NCBI GenBank assembly: GCA_025558095.1
Contig: JAIVFI010000030.1
Span: 62,001 to 126,000 of the forward strand
Origin: Hyaloraphidium curvatum SAG 235-1
Taxonomy: Eukaryota; Fungi; Monoblepharomycota
Direction of reading: 5' to 3'
DNA: 64,000 nt
The notes under the pieces are model-generated. The model did not search any database, was not told the DNA's origin, and saw only the letters and a list, made by a program, of their open reading frames with translations. Of the stretch, positions 47,174-57,653 are shown in pieces (position 1 is the stretch's first letter; the number at the start of each line of letters is the position of its first letter). The position numbers and the translations under genes are program-made.

Positions 47174-47569
47174 TGCGCGGATGCGGAAGGAGCTGGAGAC
47201 GTTGGTGGAGCTCTTGCTTTTGCTCGGTTGCGGACGATGTTTCAGTTGGTTCGAGAGTTGGTCGTTGGATGTCGCCGAACGCGGCAGAACCGGGCCCGCC
47301 GGCGCCCGCCCCCACGCCCATCCGTTCCCTGCCTTTCCTTCCGTCCAAAGTGGAGTTCTTTTCGGCTTCCGGCCCGTCCTTGGGTCCTGTGACGCATCCG
47401 ATTGATCGAGGATTGCGCGATCCCGCCACCCGCTCGCCGCTGCGGCAAACTCTACCACCAATCCGGGCGTCTCCCGGCGGTGCCACCTTTCCCCTCTCCC
47501 GCCCGCGGTCGGTGCCACCCGTCTTTCTTCTCCCACCGCGTTCGCCGCCGGCCGCCGCCGCACGCCGCC

Positions 47570-48955
47570 ATGGGCTCCGCCTCGGAAACCCCGGACTTCA
47601 CCTCCATCCCCGTCCTCGACTACTCCCTCCTCCCCGCCGACCGCGCCGCCTTCCTATCGCAACTCAGGCACGCCCTGACCAACGTCGGATTTATGCAGCT
47701 CCGGAACACGCCCGTCCCGTGGTCGCTCGTGCAGAAGCTCGTCGGCTACGCGGGGCCCCTGTTCGCCCTCCCCGACGCCGAGAAGGAGAAGCTCGAGATG
47801 AGCACCAACCCGCACTTCCTCGGGTACAACCGGCTCGGGTACGAGATCACCAAGGGGCTGATGGACAGGAGGGAGCAGTGGGACCTCGCGCCGGACGTGG
47901 CGTGCCGCTGGAAGGGGGAGGCGGATCCGATCCACAGGAGGACGCACGGGCCGGCCCCGGGAGTTTGGCCGGTGGAGACGGAGAAGAACGGGCTGGTTGG
48001 GTTCAAGGAGACGACGCTGGACGTGGGTTCCTTCGGACGCGCGGGATGGGTTCGCGGAGCTCAACCCTTGTTCCCTGGCTTGGGACCCACAGTACATCAG
48101 GAGGATCACCGATTTCTCCTTCGAGTTCCTGCGGCTCATTGAGGAGGCCGTCGGCATCGTCCCCGGCTCTCTGGAGAAGTACTTTGCCGACGACCAGGTG
48201 CGGGAGGGCGGGAGCATCAAGATCGTCCGGTACGCCCCATATCCCCCTCCATTTTCGCCTTTTCCTCATCATCGTGCCATGGCAGGTACCCCGCGGCCGC
48301 CGAGGGCGAGACCACGCAGGGTGTCGGCCCGCACAAGGACCCGTGGATCACCTTCCTCGTCCAGGGCGACGACCTCCCCGGGCTGCAGGTCCAGAACCAC
48401 GCCGGGGACTGGGTCGACTGCCCGCCCATGGAGGGCTGCTTCGTCACGAATTTCGGCACGCTGCTGGAGACCGCCACGCACGGGAGGATCATCGCGACCA
48501 CGCACCGCGTAGAGTCGCCGCCCGCCTCGGCCGGGCGCGCGAGGATCTCGATGCCTTTCTTCCAGCGGATCGCGTTGGACGCCGTCGTCGCGCCGCTCCC
48601 CGCGTCGTGCTTCGTCGACTCGGGCGCGGCGGCCGCGCAGGACGACGCGCCGAAGGCCATTTCGGACGCGGCGAAGGAGCAGTACCCCATCAGCGGGGAC
48701 TCGCCGATCTGGGGGTCCATGTACCTTTGGTGGGTAGCTCTGCCGGTCCAGCTGGGAGGAAGGCGGACGGCTGATTGGTCGTTTGCGTTCAGGAACCGGC
48801 TCCGCAGCCACCCCGACGTCGGGTACCGGTGGTACCCGGACCTCATGCCCAAAGTGATGGAGGGCTTCGTGTCGGGGCACCCCTTCGAGGTCGAACGGCG
48901 GAGGAAGGCGGCCGAGGCCGAGGCGGCGGCGCAGGTCGGCGTCGGCGCGGCCTAA
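47570..48955 (+). CDS. 2-oxoglutarate/Fe(II) oxygenase (DIOX_N + 2OG-FeII_Oxy, IPNS-like), multi-exon
   Basis: IPVLDYS, VGFMQLRN, PHFLGY, REQWD, GVGPHKD, GLQVQN, ATTHRV, RISMPFF. Confidence 0.9.
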
Positions 48956-49016
48956 TCCCTCGGGGACGGAGGACGGGTCGGCCAAAAAGTGTCGCGGCAG
49001 CGTGGTTGCCAATACA

Positions 49017-49695
49017 TTAGCCCTTGTTCACGTTCTGCACGACCCATTCCAGCCCTTCCTTCAGGCCCTCCCCCGTGAGCCCGCACGAGGGCAGGATCGT
49101 CCACGGCCGGTCCTTGATGGCCGTCAGCGAAAGCGCGGTGGATATCTGGAACGCGAGCGTGAGCGGGCGGGGAAGGCGGGCGCGGCGGCACGTGCCTCGG
49201 CGGCCATCATCGCCCCTTTGACGTCCTGCTTGTTGGCGAAAACGAGGAGCGCCGACTTTTTCAGCAGCTGTCCGGGGACGGGCGCGGAGCATCAGCGCTG
49301 CCGTCCGAACGGGACGCCCGGCGGGAAGCATGAGCTCGGATGCCGCCGCGTACCTCGTGGGACATTATCCGCGCCAGCTCCTCCCTCACTATCGGCATCC
49401 TATCCCGGTCCGTCGAGTCCACGACCAGGATGACCGACCTCGCCCCGGAATAGTACGCCGACCACGACGCCCTCAGGCTCGCCTGCCCTCCCAAATCCCA
49501 CATGATGATCTTCAGGTTCCGATACGAAAGTTCCTCGACGTTGGCGCCGAGCGTCGGGGTGGTCGCGACCGTCGCGCCCATGGAGAGGCGGTACAGGATC
49601 GTCGACTTGCCCGAGTTGTCCAGGCCGAGGATGAGGATCTTCACCTCCTCGGCGGCCCATATCAGGGCGAAGAGTTTGGAAAAGAGGATGCCCAT
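49017..49695 (-). CDS. ARL5: ADP-ribosylation factor-like GTPase, ARL5-like
   Basis: MG start, GLDNSGKST, PTLGANVEE, WDLGGQASLRASW..YY, VVDSTDRDR, FANKQDVK, LTAIKD, GLTGEGL; two introns. Confidence 0.8.
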
Positions 49696-50297
49696 GGCGT
49701 CCGGGTGGGCCGCGGGAACGGCGCGCGCGAGGAGCGTTGTTTGGGTTCGGCCCTCTCTCCGAGCGGGCAGCGACCTCGATGGGCCACCAAGCTCAACAAA
49801 AAGGCGATTCCTTAGCGCTCCAAAACGTCAACGCGGGCCCTTTGCCTGCTCTCCGTGGTCCGGGAACGGTTTCGGCGGGGCTACACAAGCGGCCGCGTTC
49901 CACGGGTCCTGCTCCACCTCCGCCGCTCTGGCGGGCAAGACTCGGTCGGTTCTGTGCTCTCAGGCTTCTAAAGGTTTCATTCGGCCCCCCTGAGGGTCGG
50001 AGAGAGGTTTCCGGTGTGAGCAAGTGTGGTGTTGCGTGGGAGGGTCCGCGGAAGGCAGCGTCACCTCATCTTCGTCGGGCGTATATCCATCGACCGATCT
50101 ATTTCATTGGGGCATGCAACAACACGATCAACCTCTCCAGATCGTCGGCCGGCCCGATTTCACGAAGAGGCCCTCAATCGTCGTCGCCTGCTTGGGGACG
50201 AAGCGCCTGACGAACTCGCAACGAAGTATAGCCCAGCGCGTCCGGGTTGGTGCCCGATCCAGGCGACCGTTTTGGCTTGCTTTTCAGCATCCTTCCA

Positions 50298-51311
50298 TCA
50301 CAGCTTCAGGTCGGCCGAGTCCCCGATGCGGTAGAATCGCAGCGCATTGGTGCGCAGGATCTTCTTCCGATCCTCCTTGCCCACACCCATCCGCCTCAGC
50401 ACGATCATGTTGGCCCTCACGATCTCGCCGAGCCGCGCCTGCCCGCCGTCGACGGGGAAGTTGGACGCCCACATGCACCTGTCGACCCCGAACGCCCCGA
50501 CCGCGTGGGCGATCATCCCGCCGAACACGCCGTCGGCGATCTCCCAGCGCGTGACGGAGGCCGCGCCGCCGGGGCGGAGGTGGTAGTCGAGCCCCAGCGA
50601 GGCCATGAGCCCGCTGAGCTTCGCATGCACGTTCTTGTTCGCGGCAAGGAGGTCGATGGCATCGGCCCAGGCGCGGAATTTGGAGCCGTCGGGGTCCTTG
50701 GCGATGTCCAGCGGCCCGCCGAAGTGATCGAGCACCATCGGAATCCCGGGGAACCTAGCTGCGAACTTGGCCGCCTCGGAGATCTGGTGCCCGTAGCACC
50801 ACAGCTCGAACGAGGCGCCGTGCTTCTCCAGGACGGGCATGGCACGCAGCAGCCGCTCGTTGAGGAACGGGTTGGCGTCCCTGTGCCCCGACGAGTGCGC
50901 GCCGGACGGATCGTTGGTGACGGTGTAGCGCAGGCCCCGAAAAGCAGGGCTGGCGGCCTTGTGCGCGGCCAGGCACGCGTCCACGTCCTCGGCCGAGCGC
51001 ATCAGATTGACGTGGCCGACGATGGCGCGGCACACGCGGCCGGCGGTGGGCACCGTCGCGTTTTCCGCCACCCATTTCGTCTCGTTGGCCTGGCCGACCG
51101 GTCCGCCCTCGAGCCAGCCGCACTCGAGGTAGACGGAGCACTCGAGGAGCAGGCCGGCGTCTTCGTAGTCCTTGAGGTAGTGGCTCACGACGTAGTCGCG
51201 CTCGCCACCGGGCACGGCAAGCTTCGGCCGGCGGGCGTCGTCGACGAGCCAGAGATGGTGGTGCGCGTCGACGATGCGGCCGCCGTCATCGAGCGCGTCG
51301 AGGGCTTCCAT
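50298..51311 (-). CDS. Amidohydrolase-2 family protein, intronless paralog of 21196-22784
   Basis: IVDAHHHLW, ETKWV, FRGLR, FELWCYGHQI, DHFGGP, NVHAKLSGL, DRCMWASNFPVD, FYRIG; ends LKL*. Confidence 0.9.
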   Translation of the reverse strand: MEALDALDDGGRIVDAHHHLWLVDDARRPKLAVPGGERDYVVSHYLKDYEDAGLLLECSVYLECGWLEGGPVGQANETKWVAENATVPTAGRVCRAIVGHVNLMRSAEDVDACLAAHKAASPAFRGLRYTVTNDPSGAHSSGHRDANPFLNERLLRAMPVLEKHGASFELWCYGHQISEAAKFAARFPGIPMVLDHFGGPLDIAKDPDGSKFRAWADAIDLLAANKNVHAKLSGLMASLGLDYHLRPGGAASVTRWEIADGVFGGMIAHAVGAFGVDRCMWASNFPVDGGQARLGEIVRANMIVLRRMGVGKEDRKKILRTNALRFYRIGDSADLKL

Positions 51312-51435
51312 TTCACTTGGAAAGATTGGCGTGGGATTGCAAGTGTCGAACGAAGAAGTGGGAGACACTGCGACCAACGCGCGCCGCCCGGCGCGCGCGC
51401 GTCGGAGGAATATGCGATCGACACATACAACGGCA

Positions 51436-52920
51436 ATGTCCACCGAGGTCCACGAGAAACCCGAGCCGTCACCCCGTCCGCGGCTTTTCGCGCCGCGTGA
51501 TTGGCGCCTGCTGTTCCCCAGCGGGCGTGCGGGCAACGGCTTGGCGTCGTCGTCCCTGCTGCCTCTGGACGAGGTCGGCGACGGCGACGAAGGCGATGCC
51601 GCCGCAGGATCAGATACGGCCACGCCTCCGACAATGGACCAACTCGCCGCGGCTCTCAAGCCCGCGCCGCCTCTATCGACGCTCGTGTGTCTTGACATTC
51701 TTCGTGCCTCGGCATCAAACGGCTTCGTGTACGCCAGCATGATGATCGTCTTTTCCGGCCTCAAGCTCGCGCTGGCCGCCTCTTCGGTGTTCGCTTTCAA
51801 TGACGGGCGCTTTGGCATGCCGCAAATGATTGCCGGAATCGTCGCCTACGCCTCCAACCAACCTACATCATCATTTCGCACCTGCTCGGGAGGGGCTGGT
51901 TCGGTGACGTAACGTCGACGACGACCGCAGGTCACGCCTTGCTTCCCTTGTTGAGCTACTTGGACGAGACCTGGCCCGGGAACCGCCCGACTTCGGGCAT
52001 TGAGAACGAGATCGCAGCGCAGCACATCCTCGAACACGACCCGGCAGACTCGTTGTGCCCGTGCTTCTCGTGCGCCGGTCGACTAGTGCAGCGCGCCGGA
52101 GCTGCGGCGCTTTTGACTAGTCTCTTTTGGTGCCTGGAAGAAGTTGTATGGCACCCGTTGGCTACGAACTGGCCCGCACTGGTGACTTTTGCCGACCGTA
52201 CCTGGCCTTCCGCATGGGCTTTGCTCAATATGGCCGTCATCTTGAGCGGGCTTGCTTAATCAATTTTCGTTTGCATCGAATCCATCGGGTGGCGGCAAAA
52301 TCCGTTCGTACTCTACATTCAGAGCAGGATATACCGGCGGGCCGCCAAGCTCGCGCTCGCGGACTTCTACATCCGCGCCCGCGCCGCCGCACGGGACGGA
52401 CAGCCGATCCCACCGGCAGCATCGGAACCCTACTTTGTCCTGCACCATCGCTTCGCGGAAGTCTGGCGCGGCCGCATGGTCGCGTCCGCCGCCATCCGCG
52501 GGGCCGTGGTCGCGCTGCTCCCCGCGGTCATCGTCGGCCTCATCATAACCTCGCCGCGGGCTCCTGCGTCACCTTACCGGGCCTTTTTCTGTTGCTTCTC
52601 AACTTTGCCGTCATTTCCCAGGATCTCGTGCACGCCGCCATCTCCAACGCGCAGATAGACTCGGTGCTGGACCTGTACGCGGAACTGCGCGAGCGCCTGC
52701 GGTCATTGCCGCCCAGCGAGGGCGTGCGCGCGCATGCAGACCTGCTTTCCTCCTTCCTTGAGGCGTCGCGGCTCCGCGCGACGGTGTTCGGGCTCCCCGC
52801 ATCGTTCTCCCTCCTGCGCGCTGCGGCTGCGTCTCTTCTGACCGTGGCCTTCGCGCTCTACGACCTGTCCGCGGATCCGGGGTGTTTCTCACGTTGCAAG
52901 TTGTCTGCCCCTCTCGTTGA
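51436..52920 (+). pseudogene. Orphan multi-TM (GR-like/7TMIC-like) family, copy 3, multiply frameshifted
   Basis: Family motifs are scattered over different frames: NDGRFG, HDPADSLCPC, AAGSCV, DLVHAAISNAQI, HADLLSSFL...ATVFGL, RGSGVFLTLQVVCPSR*. Confidence 0.7.
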
Positions 52921-53360
52921 GGAGAGCAAGGCCGAGAGGGCCCGATTACCCTATTTTGCATGCCATGGTTGGGACGGTGCAGGGGAACGCCTTCTCCACC
53001 GTCTCCGGACAGGATGCCGTCTGATCTATTTCTTCGTCGCTTCGAACATGAAGGGGGTGGCGAAAGTTCATGCGGTTGGCGGAGGGGTTGGGGGTTTAGC
53101 CGACCGTTGCCCGTTCGCTCCACCCACGGCCCCGCTTATCGTACCGAAACTAGCGCCGAATGCATGGTGCGCAACGCACAACGCATCGAACATGATTTCT
53201 GTTGGACGCCGCATTAGTCATTCGACGGCGCGTCCCCCGCACCTGGTGGGAGTAGGAGGGTCCGCGGACTAACCCCGGCTCAACTAAAACGGAGCCGGGT
53301 CATCCCAGCCTCGAGAACCATTCCATCGAGGACCCGCCCGCCACCGGACATTCTCGCGCC

Positions 53361-54440
53361 ATGCCCGGCTCCGCTGTGGCCTGCCCGCCACGCGCCCCGC
53401 CGAACACGCCCGCCGACGACGACGCGGCGATCTTTGCGCACGGCCGCGCGCGCCTCCGGAGCTACCGCGCGGTGGGCCGCGAGCTCGGCCGCGGCGCCGA
53501 GGCGCACGTGCGCGTCGTGCTGCAGCCGGCGACGGGCGCCCACCTGGCGCTCAAGGTGCTGCCGAAGCGCGGGGCGCGTGCGGGACACGCGTTTGCGCTC
53601 GAGGCTCGCAGGCATTGGGACCGCACGGCGGCGGCGTGCGCGAGCTGCGATCGGCTGCCGCAGTTCGTCGAAGGCTTCGAGACGCTCGCGGCGTTCTATG
53701 CCGTGATGGAAATCCTGCCCGACTCGCTCGGCGCCGTGCTCGAACGCCGCGGTGGTTTGCCAGACAGGGAGGCCGCCGGCGCCGCCGCTGCATTATTGGA
53801 TGGGCTGGCGCACCTGCACAGCCACGGCATCATCCACCGCGACGTCAAACCGGCAAACATCCTGCTGCGCGCTCACGGCCGCGTCGACTCGCTGTGTCTC
53901 GCCGACCTGGCGTCGGCCTTCTGCTCGTCGCACAAGGGCGCCGCTCCCATCGTCCCCGCCGGGGCCCCCGTCGCCGGCACTCCAATGTACCTCCCACCCG
54001 AGGCCGTCCGCGGCCGCGCAGTCGGAACCCCTGCAGACGTCTGGGCCGCCGGATGTGTGCTGCACGAGATGATCTTCGGCCGCACGCCGTTCGAGGACGC
54101 AGGCTCCTGGGGCGCCCTGTTCGCCCTCATCGCCCGCGCAAAGATTGACATCCCCGACCACCCCGCGGCCTCCCTGATGCGAAGGCTGCTGGACCCGGAT
54201 CCATCCGCACGCATCGTCGCCGGCGAGGCGCTGCAGGACCCCTGGGTTGCGTCAGAGAGGCAGCCCACCCCGCGGCTGGCGGTCATCGGACTGAGGGACG
54301 CGCTGCGTTGGAGCGCGCTTGTGCAGCCGTGCACCGTGGCGGGGTTCCGCGGGTCGGGGGCGCAGGTGGTGTTCGAGTCGGGGCAGCTGAGGGTGGTGGG
54401 GATGGAGTCGTCGCCGAACGAGCTGCTCCCGATATACTAG
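53361..54440 (+). CDS. Ser/Thr protein kinase (CAMK-like), intronless
   Basis: LGRGAEAHV, LALK, HRDVKPANILL, DLA in place of DFG, GTPMYLPPE, DVWAAG, DPDPSARI. Confidence 0.85.
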   Translation: MPGSAVACPPRAPPNTPADDDAAIFAHGRARLRSYRAVGRELGRGAEAHVRVVLQPATGAHLALKVLPKRGARAGHAFALEARRHWDRTAAACASCDRLPQFVEGFETLAAFYAVMEILPDSLGAVLERRGGLPDREAAGAAAALLDGLAHLHSHGIIHRDVKPANILLRAHGRVDSLCLADLASAFCSSHKGAAPIVPAGAPVAGTPMYLPPEAVRGRAVGTPADVWAAGCVLHEMIFGRTPFEDAGSWGALFALIARAKIDIPDHPAASLMRRLLDPDPSARIVAGEALQDPWVASERQPTPRLAVIGLRDALRWSALVQPCTVAGFRGSGAQVVFESGQLRVVGMESSPNELLPIY

Positions 54441-54555
54441 ACGGGTGCAAGCCCCGGATACGGTTGTCTTGTGGTCTGTCAATTTTGGAGGGGCAAAGGC
54501 CTAGGAGCCACTAAGCGTGTTGACCGGCACTGACCGACGCCGAAAGACGAAGACA

Positions 54556-55164
54556 TCAATCAAGGCAAATCTCGCCGACGTTCGTCGGGCACGAGTTTCC
54601 GCCCTTGACGTAGTAAGCGCTAGTGCCGTCTTCGATTGCCGATCCCGAAATGCTTGTGATAGCATAGCAGTTCCCCGCGGTCATGAACGCCGCCAAGCAG
54701 TCGCCGGCCGCGTTGCAGAGGGCCTTGCAGGCCGCGACATCCGTCAGGCCCGCCTGCAGCAGGGGGGACGTGTCGCTGCACCCGAAGAGACTGCCGCAGC
54801 TGGTGTAGCCGTCGCCGTAGCGGCGATAGAGGTTTCGACTGCCGGAGTAGCTGACGCAGGCGACCTTGCCGTCGGGAGCGCCGGGGTAGCCGAACTCGCT
54901 GCGAAGTCCCCCGTCAGGGGCCGATCCCGCGCGGCGCGGGTGAATCTTCCCACCAAAACGAGCTTTCGCCGCACTCCCCACACGCGCGCTTGAAGATGAC
55001 GTGGCTCGCGGTGCCGACGGGGCTGCGGGGCAGGCGGGGGGGTGGCGAGCGGGCAGGCGGGGTCAGCCTTGGCGCCGGCGTCGGGCCGCGGAGGCATACC
55101 CCGCGAGCGCCTGGGCGGAGAGGGCGCAGAGCAGGACGGCTACCGCGAGGGCGCGGGTGACCAT
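54556..55164 (-). CDS. Small secreted Cys-rich precursor: signal peptide, conserved 4-Cys module, RR site, PAN/apple-like domain
   Basis: Exons 55164-55100, 55022-54954 and 54898-54556; GT-AG introns with CTGAC branch points. Protein: MVTRALAVAVLLCALSAQALAGPVGTASHVIFKRACGECGESSFCEFGYPGAPDGKVACVSYSGSRNLYRRYGDGYTSC...ACKALCNAAGDCLAAFMTAGNCY...ICLD*. Confidence 0.8.
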
Positions 55165-55489
55165 CACGGGAAGCAGCTGCAGTCGGCGGGAAGGCGAATG
55201 GGCGGGTGGGGATCTCTTTCGGTCGGTTGACGGCGGGAAGTCGGTAGGGACCCGCGACTATCGGAGTTGCTGCGCGCCGCCGTCTCCACCCGAGGCGCCG
55301 TCACTACCGCCACAAATGATACAGGGAAGTGACTTGCCCCCTCCGCGGGTTCTAGACGTCGCGGCAGGGCCGCACGCGGGAACGGCGGTCCAATTCGAAC
55401 GGGGCCCTGATTGGAGCGGCCCAGCCATGCGGCAGGTTCGGGTCGCGAGGTCCGCGTCCGCATATCTCACGGGCCCAACGCCGCCCGAT

Positions 55490-57252
55490 CTATTCCTTCG
55501 GAACGTCGAACATCGCGTTCGCCCTCGCCAGATCGTCCGCCGACCCGATGTCCATGAACAGTCCCTCGATCGGCGTCGCCTCGAGTGCGAGCCTGGCGCT
55601 CAACCACGCGACAAAGAAGCCCGGCGCGTCGGGGTTGGCACCGGACGCCAAGAAACCGGCCACCAGCTCCGGCAGCTCCCGCGGGAACAGGTACACGGCG
55701 ATCGCGCTCAAGTCCGACCGCGGGTCCGCGGGCTTCTCGCGGAAGCTCGCCACGCGGTGGCCGTCCGACAGGTCCAGCACCACCTCGCTGTACTTTCCGG
55801 GGGGTACCGGCGCGGGGACCCGCCGCACGATGAGCTGCCCGCGGCCGGTGCGCCCGAACCGGTCCGCCAGCCGGGCGAGGTCAAAGTCGAAAAGGTTGTC
55901 GCACGCCATGACAAGGTAGCCGTCGAGGTCCTCACGGGGTTCGGCCGACCGCAGCCCGAGCTCGAGGTCCTTCACGGCGCCCAGCCGGGTTTCGTTGGTC
56001 ATTGTCCCGTCGTTCACGAGGTGCAGCGGGAACGACGGCGACACCGTGACCTTCCACGCGGCAAAGTCCTCGTGGAACCGGCCGTTGGCGACCACGACGG
56101 CGTCTGCGCAGCCCAGGGGTTCCACCTTCTCCAGCATCCGTGTCATCATCGGCACACCGCCGACCTCGAGGAGCGGCTTGGCTTTGTTCCGGGTGATGGG
56201 GTAGAGGCGGGTTCCGAAGCCGGCGGCGAGGAAGATGCAGCTGGTTTGGGCCAACGGAGCGAACGGACGTCAGATTCTAGGCCCCCGCTACCGACCGCGC
56301 GGGCGACTCACCGAAGTTTCGGCTTCGGGCACGCGACGGTGGGGAGAAGCACTTCGCAGCCCCGGCTCCTGCAGACCTCCGCGATAAGAGCCTGGTGCTC
56401 CCCGTCCCGGCAGGCAAACAGCACCGCGCCGCCCGAACCCGGCAGCTTGGCCCCGGCGCCCAGCCCGCGGCCCAGATCGATCAGCTGCAGGTCGGCGTCG
56501 GAAATCACAAAGATCTCCCGGCGCAGGTCAAAGTTCCTGTCCACGCACGCGCGGAAACCTTCCGCGTCCCCGCGCAGGAGGGCCTCCTTGGCGGCGACGG
56601 CGTTGGACGCCATCTCGTCCATCACCCTGCGGATCTGGGCGTCGCCCTTTTGGAACCGCTCGAAGATGGGCGCGTGCACGTCGCCCGAGCTCTGCCCCGG
56701 CTGCCCGTGCCACGCGATCACGATCGGCGGCAGCAGCGCCGGGTCCAGGTGCTGCACCTTGCCGGGCGCAAACGCGTCCCCGCCGAAATCCATGGCCAGC
56801 AGCCCCTCGTGTGCCTGCACGAGGCGGTCGAGCGGGCCCGCGCGGATCCCGAGGATTTCGCACTCGGTCCTCCACGCCATCTCGGCGATCCTGCCCCGCG
56901 ACATGGGAAGATCGTACCACGCCGACCAGGCCCGGAGGGCGGCGACGAGGAGGGCGCTGCTCCCCGCGAGGCCCGACTGGAAGGGGACGTTGCTCGACGA
57001 CGATATCCGGAACGGCCGGGCACCCGTGTCGACGCCGCGATCGCGGGCGTGCTGCGAGAAGAGCTGCCAGGCCGCGACAAAGAGGTCCGTTTCGAGGGGG
57101 CCGGCCGATTCCGCCCGTTCGAGGGTGACTTCGGCAAAAAGCTCCTTCACGGCGAATCCCAGGCCTTTGCCGCCGTAGAGGTCGGACGGGTTGCCGATGA
57201 GCCCGACACGCGCGTGTGCCCGTGCCGTTACGCGCTCCGGCGCGCCGGCCAT
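55490..57252 (-). CDS. Bifunctional GHMP sugar kinase (glucuronokinase-like) and sugar-1-phosphate nucleotidyltransferase
   Basis: Kinase: ARVGLIGNPSDLYGG, VPFQSGLAGSSA, GPLDRLVQ, AKLPGSGGAV. An intron (GTGAGT...CAG, about 56311-56241) joins KLR to CIFLAAGFGTRLYP..KAKPLL; ACDNLF; DIGS. Confidence 0.85.
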
Positions 57253-57653
57253 GGTTTTGCGATTCGAAGAGAACAGATGACGGCGGTTGGGAGCGCGTCG
57301 GGCACGCGTCAGGCACGCTCCCGTCCAGGTACCCGTCTGTCCCCTTCAATCCCGGCGCCTTTCCAGTCTTCGACAAGAATCGAGATGCCGACGTGGCGTA
57401 TCAACCCGTCCCCGCGTGTCCGGAACCCGGCCAGGTTGGGCCGCGCCTCCGACTTCGAAGCCGGCAAGAGAAGACGCGAAAGCGCAATCCGCGGTACAGC
57501 ACGCTGCTGATAGGCGAGAAAGGGCCGATCTGCGATGGTGGATCGCGACGAGGCGGCCGCCGCCGGCGTTGGCGCGTGCGGACCTTGGGCTGGCAGGGCG
57601 CGCGCGTGCGCGACCGCCAAACAACGTCCCGAATCCGCGGCCGCACGCCGGCC

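Noticed and set aside
46117-48774. 885-aa ORF
   Set aside because: An Arg/Gly/Pro-rich shadow frame overlapping the real YdeI and 2OG oxygenase genes; a high-GC artefact.
43941-51311. Secondary-metabolite cluster (cupin, bZIP, 2OG oxygenase, amidohydrolase)
   Set aside because: No backbone synthase or transporter, and the run is interrupted by ARL5.
55001-57178. 725-aa plus-strand ORF
   Set aside because: Antisense to the kinase/nucleotidyltransferase gene and has no motifs.
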